Positions 49,901-62,600 of a DNA stretch of 64,000 nt are shown piece after piece. The notes beneath the pieces are model-generated. The model saw only the letters and a program-made list of their open reading frames with translations. It ran no database searches and was not told the origin of the DNA. Position 1 is the first letter of the stretch. Every line of letters starts with the position of its first letter. The DNA comes from Klebsormidium nitens. Its lineage: Eukaryota; Plantae; Klebsormidiophyceae. Made by a program: the position numbers and the translations under genes. The DNA lies in contig DF237176.1 of the NCBI GenBank assembly GCA_000708835.1, forward strand, positions 62,001-126,000. The letters run 5' to 3'.

Positions 49901-51013
49901 CTTCATTTTGCAGTTCAACGAGTACAGCAAGAGGTCTCCCGGCGTCGACCTTTCCAAGCTCGAGGTGAAGAGATTCCTTCAATTTTCTCTCGATGCCGCC
50001 TATCTCGACGGCTCAGCCGCGAGCCACCAGAAGTCTGTGAGCCCTTGTTATGGATACTCCGCGTGTGGCGGGGTCGCTCTATCCTGTTGCACCGCGGACT
50101 TGGAGATTTGATGCAGCAAAATTCTTATTTTCCCAGGCGGACCGCAGACTTCTGTGATTGGCGTGGGATCACTAAGTAATCGTGTCTCCATATTTAGAGT
50201 TCCAATCACCCCCGTTTGGCTCGAACCCCATCCAAAACTCTGTCCTCACGCGATAAAGCTGCCGTAGGTTTCTGCACTGCGCCTGTTTTGAGTCCTTGGT
50301 CAAGCAACCATAAAAAATAGCCTTTCGTAATCCTTTCCAGGCGTCCTCTCTGAAGCGCTACAAGCGCACGTTCCGGCTGGTGGAGCCCCCGGCCGGGAAG
50401 GACAGCGAGCGGCTCATCCCGGTCGTCGAGGAACACTTCGCGGCTCAGGTGAAGCTTCCTTCTTCTTGCGGCTCGTTTTCAAATATTTGACGAACAGAAT
50501 TGGGATTAAGGATGCGTGCGGCACGGTTTTAGTCTAAAAAGGTGCTAAACGACTCTCAGATTCGCTCAGAAGATCGGTGACAAGTGAGGAGAAGAGTGCG
50601 TTCGTATCATGCAGACAACGACTTTGTGCATAAAGTGACATTCACGCGCAGGGCGTTATGAGGATGCCCATTCACGCGCAGGGCGTTATGAGGATGCCCA
50701 TTCCTGAGGAACTGGTGATGCCGACCACGATACTCCTTCAGACTGGATTTTCGCATCGTGCAGGAAAGTGGACAGACAGGCTCCCTTGCGAAGCAACCGT
50801 GAAAAGTCGTTGAGCAAAGTCGATTTAATCGTTTGTTTGATGAGCGTCTGATTGGTAGTAGAATGGAGATCGGACGTTTTGTTCCCCTTGGTCATTCTTG
50901 GTGACACTGCCGATTATTCAATCCAGGTTGTTCAAGAAGCCGAGACCCTTCTCTCGTTTGCACATTCGGTGAAGCTCAGGGCAGCCTGCCGAACACCCGC
51001 TGACGACGAATAG
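46965..51013 (+). CDS. Zinc-finger/PHD-finger protein with C-terminal SAP30 Sin3-binding domain; 5' end uncertain
   Basis: Exons (~46893 or 46965)-47095 (tentative), 48116-48206, 48562-48630, 48874-48990, 49445-49588, 49914-49964, 50341-50448, 50927-51013; phases join. PHD C4HC3 pattern: YCPYCVQIY...WRGCDTRSCRRWVHVEC...YICPTC, preceded by GATA-like TLCNAC. C-terminus VDLSKLEASSLKRYKRTFRL...LIPVVEEHFAAQVVQEAETLLSF resembles SAP30/AFR1-2. Confidence 0.8.
50639..50703. repeat. Perfect 30-bp tandem duplication in an intron
   Basis: ttcacgcgcagggcgttatgaggatgccca at 50641-50670 and 50671-50700. Confidence 0.95.
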
Positions 51014-53275
51014 GGCCATAAGCCGGCGCCTCACACGCGCGGTTCTGTACCATAGGAAAACGTGAATGAAACTCGCTCATTAGAGCATGTTTTGCTAGGG
51101 GGCTGATACTTGTGTGGAACATAACATAGCTTATCCTGTACAACATGTGTCTGTAACGGACTGTAGAGTACGAGTTGAGACTTGCCGGCGTCAGAACGTG
51201 GAGCTAAAGAGTGGCGGTTTGGGCGGTCAATCAGACGGACCAGATCGGCAGGAAAAGCGTTCTGGCGTGCAGAATAACGGTCACAAAAAAGATGCGCAAC
51301 TACAACACGACCACTTAGTGACCCTGGCCTTGAGCCGACAACTTTGTATTGCATAAGAGGCGTGCCGCTCACACGGAGGGTGTAGCTTGTCGCCAAGAAG
51401 TCAATGTCAGACTGAAAGCTGATTTAGCACAATATTCTTTTGTTCTTCGTAGATAGGCTGGAGGGTCAGAGCTGTAGATCTGGAAACCGTTAGTACTTGT
51501 GTGTGCTCTTTTAACAGCGGGTCATGCAAAACGTTTTATATAGCTGCAACAGAGCATTGGCATAATGTACTAAAGAGGATAATTAGGGAGCATGTCGCGA
51601 GAATCGAGAACTAGTGAGAATCCACAGGATTTGATGGATCAAACCCGTACGTATTGTTACTAGTTTGTTGCTAACGAGCTTGCTATATTGGTCGAAGAAA
51701 CAAAATTGCAAGTTGCCGCTTAAACCTCAGATATGATGATGATGGATCCAGGTCCACATTGACGACTCTGAATGTGTGGACCATTGAAGAATTATAACCA
51801 AGCTTTAAGTTTGACTCCTCGGATGACGCCTGGCGCCCCGGGGAAAGAGGGACGGTGCTTCCCAATGCTTGATGACGAAACATGGATGCAGGCTTCGGTA
51901 ATGTCATCACGCTAGTGCCGCAGTGCGGCCCGATCAAACTTTTGATTTGCAATCTCCGCCATGTGGAGCATGGCATGCGATCATACTGTGAAGCCTGTAA
52001 GTTACACGTATACTCAACATTTGCCCAAATTTGGCGTCTCAAATAATACGTATATTCACTCGTGCTGCAAGCCGGCCCGCGCGGCCCGGCCTGCGTTACA
52101 AGTTAGCTCTAGAGCTACACGCTTCAGGGGCGCGCGGCCTGCGACGATGCCTCCGACACCGTCTGAATTGTAGGGGTGCACCCATGTGCACCCTTCAAGT
52201 TCTGCCATTTAGGCTTGCAATGATGATCATGTCTAGAACGATTGGATTGGTCAATTGTGAGAAAACATCGTCGTAAGATGGCGGATCGATCCAATATTGA
52301 CGTACGATCGGACTCCGGGATCCGTCAACAGTGCCACACAGCGATTGCACATGGCGGCAGGCGCAGCAAGCTATGCCCGTGCCGCGCGCACTGATGGGCA
52401 GCCTGCACAAGGGCGGTACGGTCACGTTTTCCATGTAATTGCATGTCGATCTGATTCGTTCTGCATCATGTTGGCCGGCGGGCCCGCGGCCGGCGCTGTC
52501 GCGTTGCAAAGCCACGATCATTCACGTGCATGCATCACTGACAGTGAGCCAATGAGTCAGACGATGCGAACATTGGACCAATTGGTGGGTTCAAGAATTC
52601 GGACTCTTCATGCAACATTGAACTTATCGACACAACCATGTTAACCGGCCTGACATTGTACGGTACAGTCACTACTCAGGACGGAGCTGAAAAGGTACTA
52701 GCTGAGGCATATGTTGATCAGGGGTACTTCAGGCTCGGCGCAACTTGCAGTGCATCATGTCGGCCGGGAAGAAGGTCGGCAGGAGGCATGTCGGACCACT
52801 CCTAGATTGGGGTCTTCCGAAACACTTCGAGCTCCCAAACGAAAGAGAGGCAATTAGCTTAAGCGTCATTTGCCCTTTCTAATCAGCGCTCATGGTTCAC
52901 CCGTCCTTAATCCTGACTATTGTTCCAACCCAATGGTCACCCACTCCATTCCCTGACAGTCCTCGTTCCTCCTATTCAAATCAGCGGCCGCACAGCTCCG
53001 CCCCGTCCGGTCAGTCCAACACTTACGCCCGATCCAGTCCTTAATACTGCAATGCACATGCAAATGCATGCTCTTCTGAGTCGACGGTCGTTCCTCAACC
53101 CCTTAAAAGCTATCAAAGCAACGGCTGCCCGTTCGCACCCCTTGCCCGCTTACCCGTTTCCGGGCTTCGTAAGCCAGTCTCGGCCGTCTCTGCCCCTTTC
53201 AAAGCAACGGCAATGCACGTCCTCATCCTTCGTTGCTTAACCTTCTAATCCTTATGGCCCGACTTCCCCCCTTCG

Positions 53276-55946
53276 TCAATCCAAAGGGACCACGGCCGCC
53301 GCCGGCAACCGCTCGACCGTCGCAATGTACGCCCCGTCCTCCTCAGGTCCTTCCCCCAATTGTGCCGTCAGATCGATCGTCACCTTCTCCCTCGGGCCTG
53401 TCGGTCTTTTCCGCTTCTCGGTGAAAATACCCTCCCGCTCCGCTGCTCGTTTCTTCAAGCTCGACAAACTGAGGGGCGCCCGTCCTTCTCGGCAGGCAGC
53501 CGCCAGCGCCCCCCGGGTGCGGTTGACCACCGGGCCGGAAGCAAGAGCGGCGTAGTCATCATATTCTGCATCACCCCGGGAGGTTTGACACTCCCGGTCA
53601 GCTCCACTGGAGGGGTGATTACCGTTTTCAAAGCGCGGTGCCAATGCAGGTATCCGGTGCCCTTCCGAAGCGGCACCGGTCGTCTGATCAGGCATTTGTA
53701 CGAAGCTTAAAAGCCCCGTTCCGCTTTGGACGGGCTCAAGGGTGGTGTGAACAGGCGCCTCGTGGGCAGATCGTCCGAGGGATCCCCCTCGACCGAGTCC
53801 ATTTACACCAGGCAGCCCGTCACTAGCAACATCATGATCGGCTGCAATCCCATTCTCAATCGTATCTGTTCCCATAAGTTGCCCCCCGACAAACTCTCGC
53901 CCTCTCTGGACTTCGTTCCCCGGAGCCGAAACGACCTCCAAATTGTCACCTGGCAGGGGGTCCGATAGCTCAGCCCCGTGGACCCCCCGTTGCGAGTCCA
54001 GCCTCCCCGCAAACAAGTTTCTCCGTTCAGGGGGTCCCAACGACGTGCTCGCAGCTGCCACCCCCGACAAGGATGCGCCGTTCCCAAGGTGTCTGTAATT
54101 CTGAGAGGGAGTGGTGGGAGCATACATGGGGCCTGCTTCTGGGACCGTTTTCTGGAGGCGGAACTTCGCCTGAGCCGACTCGTAGATCGCTTTATGGGAA
54201 GGGTTGTCGAGGTTCAGAATTTCGCGCAGTCTGAGGACGTCGGCCGTCTCAAACCTGGGAGGAAGAAGGAAACAACTTTTTGTCGAATCAAAGCGTGTGA
54301 GACTGGGTGCCGTCAAGAAAACGTCTTACCGCAGCCGCCGGAATGAGTCGTATAAGTCCGCAAGGGATCAGAAAAGTCTGAGATGCGTGCAAAAAGCTAG
54401 TGTTTCCACCCTCCTTTTATGCCTGCACAGTTTCAAAAGTTGATGACTGCAGCAGAAGCAGGTGCAACTGGAAAATCAGAACTTTGGGAGCTGAGAAATG
54501 GTCAAAAAAGCAGTTTTTAAGACACCAGCAAGGTTGACTTCTGTCTAGTCTAGCCTTCTAACTCGAGCACAAACAACCACCTTTTCTATCCTACTTGCAG
54601 ATAGTTCGAGACGCCCAAGCAGAACCAGCTGTACGCACCAATCTGCCAGGTCGTGTTTCAGTCTACGGAATACGTGGACTGCCTTTGTCTATAATCTTCT
54701 TATGTCTGTAGGACTTTAAACCGTCTTTGTCTATAGAATACTTAGACTGTCAACCTGCTTCTCTCAGCTCACAAAGTTACCAGCTTGCATGAAGATTACA
54801 ATAGCCAAGAGAGTCCAGCGGATCTGAAAGAATCGAACTAGAGTGAAACCAGGGACAGCAGAGAGAGCGATGAATCCCACCTACAAAAGAGGTCCACTGT
54901 CTCGTACTTCCTCCGGACCGCAGCCTTTTGAGTGGCAGATGCCTTCGGCCCCTTGCTGCGCGTCAACTCTCCCTCCCCCGCCCGCAAGCTCGGCTTCATA
55001 AAGTGCTTCACATCTTCCGCTTCCAACACCAATCCCTCCCCCNNNNNNNNNNNNNNNNNNNNNNNNNNNNNNNNNNNNNNNNNNNNNNNNNNNNNNNNNN
55101 NNNNNNNNNNNNNNNNNNNNNNNNNNNNNNNNNNNNNNNNNNNNNNNNNNNNNNNNNNNNNNNNNNNNNNNNNNNNNNNNNNNNNNNNNNNNNNNNNNNN
55201 NNNNNNNNNNNNNNNNNNNNNNNNNNNNNNNNNNNNNNNNNNNNNNNNNNNNNNNNNNNNNNNNNNNNNNNNNNNNNNNNNNNNNNNNNNNNNNNNNNNN
55301 NNNNNNNNNNNNNNNNNNNNNNNNNNNNNNNNNNNNNNNNNNNNNNNNNNNNNNNNNNNNNNNNNNNNNNNNNNNNNNNNNNNNNNNNNNNNNNNNNNNN
55401 NNNNNNNACGCCCTTTGATTGCCCCCCCTGAGAGCTCTCTTCTTCGGCCCCCCCCTTGCCGGAGCCTGATTCTGGCCCCCCTAAAGGGCCAAGAGACCAC
55501 CCCCCGACCTCCCTAAAGCGCACTACAATTGTCCCCATTTCAGAATCGGCAAAAGGCAGCACGCGCGTGCCTGGTTCGTTTCTGTGCCGAGTTTCCGGCA
55601 CCGCGAATGTGAATAGGCTCTTGTGGTGGTCCCCGTGCGCCTTCCCCCTGAAACACACGCTCTCGCTGGCCCCTTCCTCAACCCCTGAGATGTTATCCGC
55701 AACGTAGCAGAGCTTAGTGTACCCGACAGACTGGCCGTCTACTTTGGCAAAGACTTTGAACTGGGGCTTGTTGGGGCGGGCTAGCGACGACGAGTTGCGG
55801 AAACGCACGCGTGCTCGGATGCGAAAGACCTCCCCTGGGTGGCCAATGATGTATGTTGTTCCCTGGTGTTGGATTTTGGGTAGTGGTTGATTCGCAGCAT
55901 CCAGAAGCTCAGCGGAGTAGACCAGCTGCTGGGAGATGGTCTGCAT
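53276..55946 (-). CDS. Uncharacterised protein, N-terminal domain reminiscent of DUF7918-type proteins; 2 exons, interrupted by an N gap
   Basis: Exon 55946-54881 (gap inside; gtggga donor) and exon 54254-53276. The splice restores ETVDLFCR-FETADVLRLREIL. The N-terminus is beta-rich (PLPKIQHQGTTYIIGHPGEVFRIR, AKVDGQSVGY, FTFAVP, GTIVVRF); the C-terminus is low complexity with basic KKR/KRKR patches. Confidence 0.65.
55043..55407. other. Assembly gap (365 N) inside a coding exon
   Basis: Run of n flanked by C/G-rich, Gly-rich coding sequence; the reading frame differs on either side, so the gap length is only an estimate. Confidence 0.99.
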
Positions 55947-56459
55947 TGTGGTGGGGGAAAATGTGCCAGAGTTTTGTCTTCCACCGCATCCGGAGAGTCC
56001 TTCCGTGGGAAGTGTCGGCAGGCGCTATTCCTAGATGTGTATGAAGCACCCGGAAAGAGAAGGCGTAACTCGCTCTCTTCAACAGAGACACATGACGCAC
56101 AAAGAGCTAATGGTCAAACACGTGCCTGCGATCTTTGGGCGGCCTGCATTGGCGCACCCTTTTGCAAGGACCGAGCAACGTGCCTGCTGGATCCCTGAGA
56201 AGCCCAAGAGGAACACGCCAGCAGCCGATCTGCAGCCATCCGGCCAGAGCTGTGTCTGCAGCCTGTCTGCAGCTCTGCTTTCTTTGATTTGCCTCTTGAC
56301 GTCCTTGAAGTTGATCTTGAAGTTGAAGTAGGTACTGGAAATGCAGCAATTTCAAGGTGGAATTACCTATGTGACCGCCATGGCAGTTCCTGCATAGGGT
56401 TTGCTTAACCTTGGGCCAACCCCCTGCGCAAACCTTGATAGTTAGTCTGTCACAATGCC

Positions 56460-56476
56460 AAACCCTAAAACCCTAA
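56460..56476 (+). promoter_or_regulatory. Telo-box (AAACCCTAAAACCCTAA) in a divergent promoter region
   Basis: Two overlapping AAACCCTAA motifs between the minus-strand ATG at 55946 and the plus-strand ATG at 56698. Confidence 0.5.
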
Positions 56477-56697
56477 TAACTCGTCACTTCTCCGGAAAAT
56501 CATACGTGACCAATTTATGGCTGCATTTCTTAGAGTCAGACTACCGGTTTGGCTCTTGCCACCGTTCACTTCTGATCGCCACCCTTCAAGATGTCACATT
56601 TATGGTCTCTCGATCCTGTGTAAGCGCTTTGAAGGAAACAAGACAGCCGCCCTGAACGCAGAGGATCTACCTTTCGTGCCTCTTTGCGTGGAGCAAG

Positions 56698-59600
56698 ATG
56701 TCGGGCGCGGTGGCTTGCAGGTGCAGAGCAACCTGGCGCGTGCATGCAGCAGTGGACTCTGTGGGGAGGAGTGCGACAGTCATTTCAGGTCCCCATCTTC
56801 CCATCAGGCGCGCTCCATGCAGCCAAGTGGGGGCTGCTATGCACCTTCCTGCAGTTGGACTGACAAATGCTGCAAAACTCAATGGCCTCAGAGGCGGGGG
56901 ACGCTGCATGCACAGCAAACGAGAGAAGCGTTTGTGCGTGCATGCATCTGCTGGTGACAGCGGTTTGCAAGAGAGTGCTCCTGCCGCAGGAAAGAGTGCA
57001 ACTGGGTCTCCGAATGGTGGTGTCGATTGCACCAGTGCACAGGAACCTGTTGCTAAGAGTGGTCAGACAGACACTGCCACAAATGGCGTCAATGGAGCCA
57101 GTACGGTGGAGAAGGTTGCCCAAAAGAGCGGAGTCGCACACCAGGGCAGGTTGGCGAAAGCGTCAGACTGGTTTCACGAGGCCGCAGAAGAGGAGGCGTT
57201 TACGAAGTGGTTACCGGTGGTTCAAGAGAAAGAGCGGGAGCTCCCTCTAGTTGCAGGTGAGCAACATCAATGATTGATAAAGTGAGTTGATGATCAGGTG
57301 ATGAGTGAATAAGCAGGTGAGCAACACTCGGCGATAACAAGTAATAACAAGTGATGAGTTGAGAGCAACGGGTGGATGTCTCTCATAAGATGGTGTTATT
57401 ACAACTATCGCCTTAAAGTGATCTTTTGAGACAATAGTTGGTGGTACTGTGGTGTGATCATCACAGCGATGACAACAAGTGGTATGGAGAGGCCCTCTGA
57501 GAACACTAGTCGGCCTGCTGAGAACACTAGTTGGCGGAGGTTCGATTTAGCTCCATAAAGGACAGTACTCGAATGTGATCTTTTGAAATGCAGCCCCAGT
57601 GCTTTTGTGATGTCACAGCGCATGTCTGCTGCTTCAAGCTTGTGTTTATCAGCTTGTAGGGACTGACTGCTTGGCCCTGTGAAAGTCTCTCCGCTTCCTA
57701 TGAGGCATTACTTTATAATGGTGGTAAATGATATAAACGGGAGGAAACCTGCCATATGGAAATGCAGTAGGAATCTTGGAGTTTGCGCTTGCAGACGTAA
57801 CATTGCCTGGTTTGATGTGTTCTGGCTCCTGAGTGTTCTCAGAACTGCAGTCTGATAAGCATTTTAGGGGTTAATCGCCTGAGCAAGGAGTGGTGGAAAG
57901 CGCGGGGTTACATTTTTTCAAGACTGATCATTGATATGCTCACGATCTTCATGGATTGTTTGTGGTTGTTAATTGGCGAGTCCACCAGATTCAGACCTTT
58001 GGACGTCCTTGATATCGGAAAGATTTCGGATTATGTGCTGTCTTCAATGTTCATTCATTGCTTTCTGCTCTGCAGTTGTGGGACTGACTGCGGGGGGGCT
58101 CGTTCTGGCGATCGTTCTCTTTCTGCAAGGCTGGAGCAGGGTACAGCACAGGGGTGAGGAAAGTCGGACCCTTTTGACCTTTTAGGAACAGTAGCAGGTC
58201 ACAACATGAGCAACTTCGACTGATGCACTTGTGACAATTAGATCTCTAAGGAGCGCAGGTGCTTTTCTGGTCGTTGTTTACTGGGTGAGACAAGTGATAT
58301 ACGAGGAATCTTCATGAGCCGATCTTGCACATCTGTGCGATTGATCCCCAAACAAAAGGAATCGGCGATCACCGGAAACACCCTGCAGATTGTGTGTCCT
58401 GTTGTGTTCTGTTGTTTCTATCTATGGTCCGCTATTGATGAACCTGGAGATCCTCAAATGACATCCAAGATCTGCTGAACATCCGGACCATGTGGATCTC
58501 AAAATTGCTCTGCCAGAATCAGGAATCTCTGTGAGTGTGGTTTCCTTGCATGTTTGTTTGCATGGCATTTTATCAGTGTCTCCTGCTTAAAGGTGACTTA
58601 CTTGCAAATCAAAGAAGCCCAATGGATCTGAAACACGTTCACCTCAAATTTTGGCGTGTCGATTCCTTTTCAAAGGTAGCATGCATGCGCCGATTCCGGT
58701 GTTGTACGTAGTACAGACATTTTCAACATACTTGCTTCTAAGACAAAGAGGACTGTAAATTTTTAGCCAGCTTTCTTTGCAAATGCTGCAGTTCCGGGGC
58801 TCCCGCGGCTGCCGTTCTCCGTCCACAAGCCGCACCACGGGGCGAAGCCCGAGGAACTAGGCGCGGCGGAGAAATCCAGGACGGAAGCTGAGCCGCAGGG
58901 TACGCAGGGACCTACTGCTTCTTTGTCCTCAGTGCACAGAGAGACGATGGCTGACACGGCACGTGCTGAACCAGTTGAAAGTGCTCAGTCAGAGAAGAAG
59001 GACGAAAGCGGCGGGTTTGGGAAGTCGGTTTTCAAGAGCGTCGCTTCTTTGGTTCCTGGCTTCAAGCATAAGAAGGCAGATAAAAGCACTGAGACACCAA
59101 AGGAGGGTGCAAAAGGACCAGTTGAAAATGCTCAGTCAGAAAAGAAGGATGAAAGCAGTGGTATCGGGAAGTCAGTTGTCGAGGAGGTCTCGGCTCTGGT
59201 TCCTGGTTTGGATAAGAAGGGGGACGGTAATGCTGAGGAGGGAAAGAAGGGTGCAGAGATGGAAGAAGTTGGTGGTGGGAAAGAAAAGAAGGGTTTGGAG
59301 ATGGAGGATGTTGCAAGGCAGCAGGGTAACACGGGTGAGAAGGATGGTGGGGAAGGCGAAAGCAAGCCTGTCGATCATAGTGGAGACGCGCACCTGGAAA
59401 GCTCTGCGGTTTCGGAAGCGGAAACGAAGAAAACACTCCAGGACAGTGCACGGCAAAGCCTGATCGAGAAGCCAGACATCCTGATATCCCCCATCGGTGC
59501 AACAGACACCATAGAAGCAGAGCGCCCGTCTGAGAAACCCGCAGTTCAGCCAGCGCATGAGGAGGCAGCTCAACCCACAGTCCAGTCGGTGCATGATGAT

Positions 59601-62600
59601 GCAGCTCAACAGCGCCAAGTGGAAAAGCCTGAGGGGGCTGCAACTAGATTGAGGGAAAACGAGCCAGCCCCGGTTGTGCTTGAGCCTGCTGTGAATGTAG
59701 TTGTTCTGAGGGGGGGAGACGGACGTAGGGCGCCTCCTTCATCCCCTGCGCTGATGGGGGGGGGCTCGCCGACCGCCGTGGAAGAGAATAAGGGGGCGGT
59801 GCCGGCAGGAATCTTAAGAGCGGCGGCGGATATGCTGCGCTCCAAGGAGCTGGTGGATCTAGATCGAGGGGAAGATGCTACTCCAGGCGAAAGCGTGTCT
59901 GAGAAGGGGGAGGGAGTTTCCGCGGAAAGGGAAGGGGTCTCTGAGGAGAAAGCTGCTTCAAAGCTGGAAACGGGGGAGACTCGAGAAGGGGGCGAAAAGA
60001 ACCAGTTGCTTCCTGAGGGGGGGAATGATGGTCAGGCCAGCGAAGCGCGGGATAGCCCCCAAGAGGGAATAAAGTCAGCGGTGAAACTTTTGGGGGGGGA
60101 GCCAGGCCACGTAGAGCAGGAAGGGGGGGTCACGAAGGCTCTGGCTCTGCCCCCCCTGCCGAGCCCCACGCCGTCTCTCTCTTCTACTGAGGAAGCAACC
60201 CCTGCCCAAGATGACGAGCGCCGTCCTTCCCTTGCAGGGGGGGAAGGTGCCACTGCCAACGAACCCCCTGCAAGGGGTGAGCCGGCCGCGAGCGGGGGGG
60301 GAATCGTTCCAAGACTGGTACGCTAAGCAAAAAAGTGGGGCGGGGAAAAGTGACGTCAGCGCCTCTAGTAAGCGGCCTGCCGGCGATCTGAAGCCGTCCG
60401 CTTATGTCGACAAGGCTCAGCTGCAGGCCCTCCAAGCGCTCCAGAAACTCAGCGTGAGTGCGCGTTCGCTTTTTGGACCACTTTGCAATCCAAGTTATGG
60501 TCTTTCCGATGTGTGGCGCATGGCGGACTCTGGAAATCCTTAATACGTCACGAACTGGCAAGGTTGTGAAGCCGGATTCTAGCACAAGGTTGATCAAGCT
60601 CGATCGACTTTCTGGCTCAGTTCAACATCTCCAACCCGTAACTTTCTGCTTCATTTCATGTGGAAATTAAGTGCAAAGGGAAGATTTGGCAGACCGAATC
60701 CGGAAGAAAATCTGTTTTGAACCAGCCGCTCGCTCGCCACTGATCACAACCGGATTCCTGAAAGGTCATTCTGTGTGGGCTAAGTCGGCCTTTCGCTGAT
60801 GGCCAAACGGAAAATCGCCAGAGAGCATGGAGACGTTGAGGTTGTGTCTACACGCTCGAGAAATGTGAAGTAAACTCGCTTCGGAACGAGGCTTATCGAA
60901 TCTGGTTCGGATGCAGGTGGTGGAACCCGACGTCCAGCCAACGGCCGTCTGTAGCCGGAGGGATTTTGCGAGGTGGCTGTTGTCTGGAAGCAGCGTCTTG
61001 ACAGGGTAAGCATCTCTAGCTTGGAACAGTCTCTTTCAACCAGACACTCATTTTCTGCTCGGAAACGCCAATCTTTGCACAGATTTGCTTGTGCTTGCGA
61101 TGTTGACAAGTCCAGTGTCTGATAAGATGAGGAGTAGAGACTTGCGCGCCGTCTTTCGTCTTTGAGTACAGCTGCCCTTGAGACGCCTGTTCGGGCGACT
61201 GAGAGTTTAATGTATAACTTTGCCATGTCCTTTTGCTGATATCTCGTCTCTACTATAACGGTCGGTTCTTGTGCGTCTTGTCTTATCTTTTCAATGCCGA
61301 AACCCAGCAGGATAGGATTCGGACCACAAGGGTGCACAAGAGGACGGAACGGTCAGCAAGGAGACCATAGGACTATTTCTTGTCTCTTCCGATCCCTTTT
61401 CTGAGAAGAATGGACAATCGACTGCTGTAGCAAGAAACTTGTGTTGTCGAACTGGATCGAGAAACTGAAAGATGATCTTTTCTTTCGCCCATATGCAGAA
61501 CCCCGGGAGTACACCCGGTCCCGAGCGAGGGCGTCACTGATACTGCCTTCGATGACGTCACTTTTGACGATGAGGACTTTGCTGCCATCCAAGGTTCGTT
61601 GCGGTTTTCGCTTACAGACTGTTTCGTTTGGCTGTTGCCTCTCTCTTACACTGCCACTGGGCATGCCCCAGTTGCCATCATGATTCCACTTTTATAAAGC
61701 GCTCAGATTATTTCTGTTCTTCAGAAGATAAACACGGAGCTTCTGTTTGAGCGCCCGGTCACAGCATCACGCTTCTCAAAGCAGGAATTGAAAGTCTTCA
61801 TCTATCTTATGTACAGCCCACCTCTGGTGCAGCTTTTGGGAATACCAGCCTTGACTCTGGTAATCGGACGAACGACCCGGGCTCTTGACATTGTGATTAC
61901 CAGCCGAGTCTGTTTGTTGTTTCAGAACCAGCTTCAAGCCTGTAACCGACGATGCTTAACCACCAAAAACTCTCTGTTCCTTTCAAACTAAGAACGAGCC
62001 CCTCCTGTTTGCTTTCCTGCAGGCCTTGCGGAAGCTGGCATCATCCCCAGCCGGTTGTCTCACGGCTCCGCAGCCTCCAGTGACGGCCAGTTTCACCCCG
62101 ACGCGTAAGTTTTGCCCGGCCGTACTTGATCTGTAGGGGTGTAGAGAACTCGCTTGCATAGGGTCACCACAGAACTTGCTCATCCTCGCAGATTCCCCTT
62201 GGCAAACTTTCCCAACTAATAACTGTTTTCGTCGAGGAATGGGGAAAGGACGGGGCTCGAACGCAGTTAAGTAGTAGCGAGAGTTACTTGCGTCGGCGGC
62301 ATTCATGCAGAGCAAAGTGTTTCACCCCGAAGCTTGCAATCCTTGGAGTCTTCTGGTCGCATCCTGACTGCCCTTTTTCCTGAAACGGAGAGTTGAGAAC
62401 TTGCCGTGTTTATCATGATACCTATCTTACTGATCGCAGACATTGAAGGGAGCTTGATCTATTTTGGTTTATTCAGATCTTTCATATTTTCCTACTCTTT
62501 TATCGAGGTCTTTGGTTTAAGTTGCATTCTGTTATTCCGTACAGGCCGTTGACCCGGCAGGACTTGGTCCGCTGGAAGATGGCCCTCGACCGGCGGCGCC

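Noticed and set aside
51990-52800. GC-rich palindromic motifs (GGCCCGCGGCC, TAGCTCTAGAGCTA), with similar ones near 23730-23860 and 27290-27400
   Set aside because: No paired TIRs, TSD or extended homology could be established; possibly old transposon debris.
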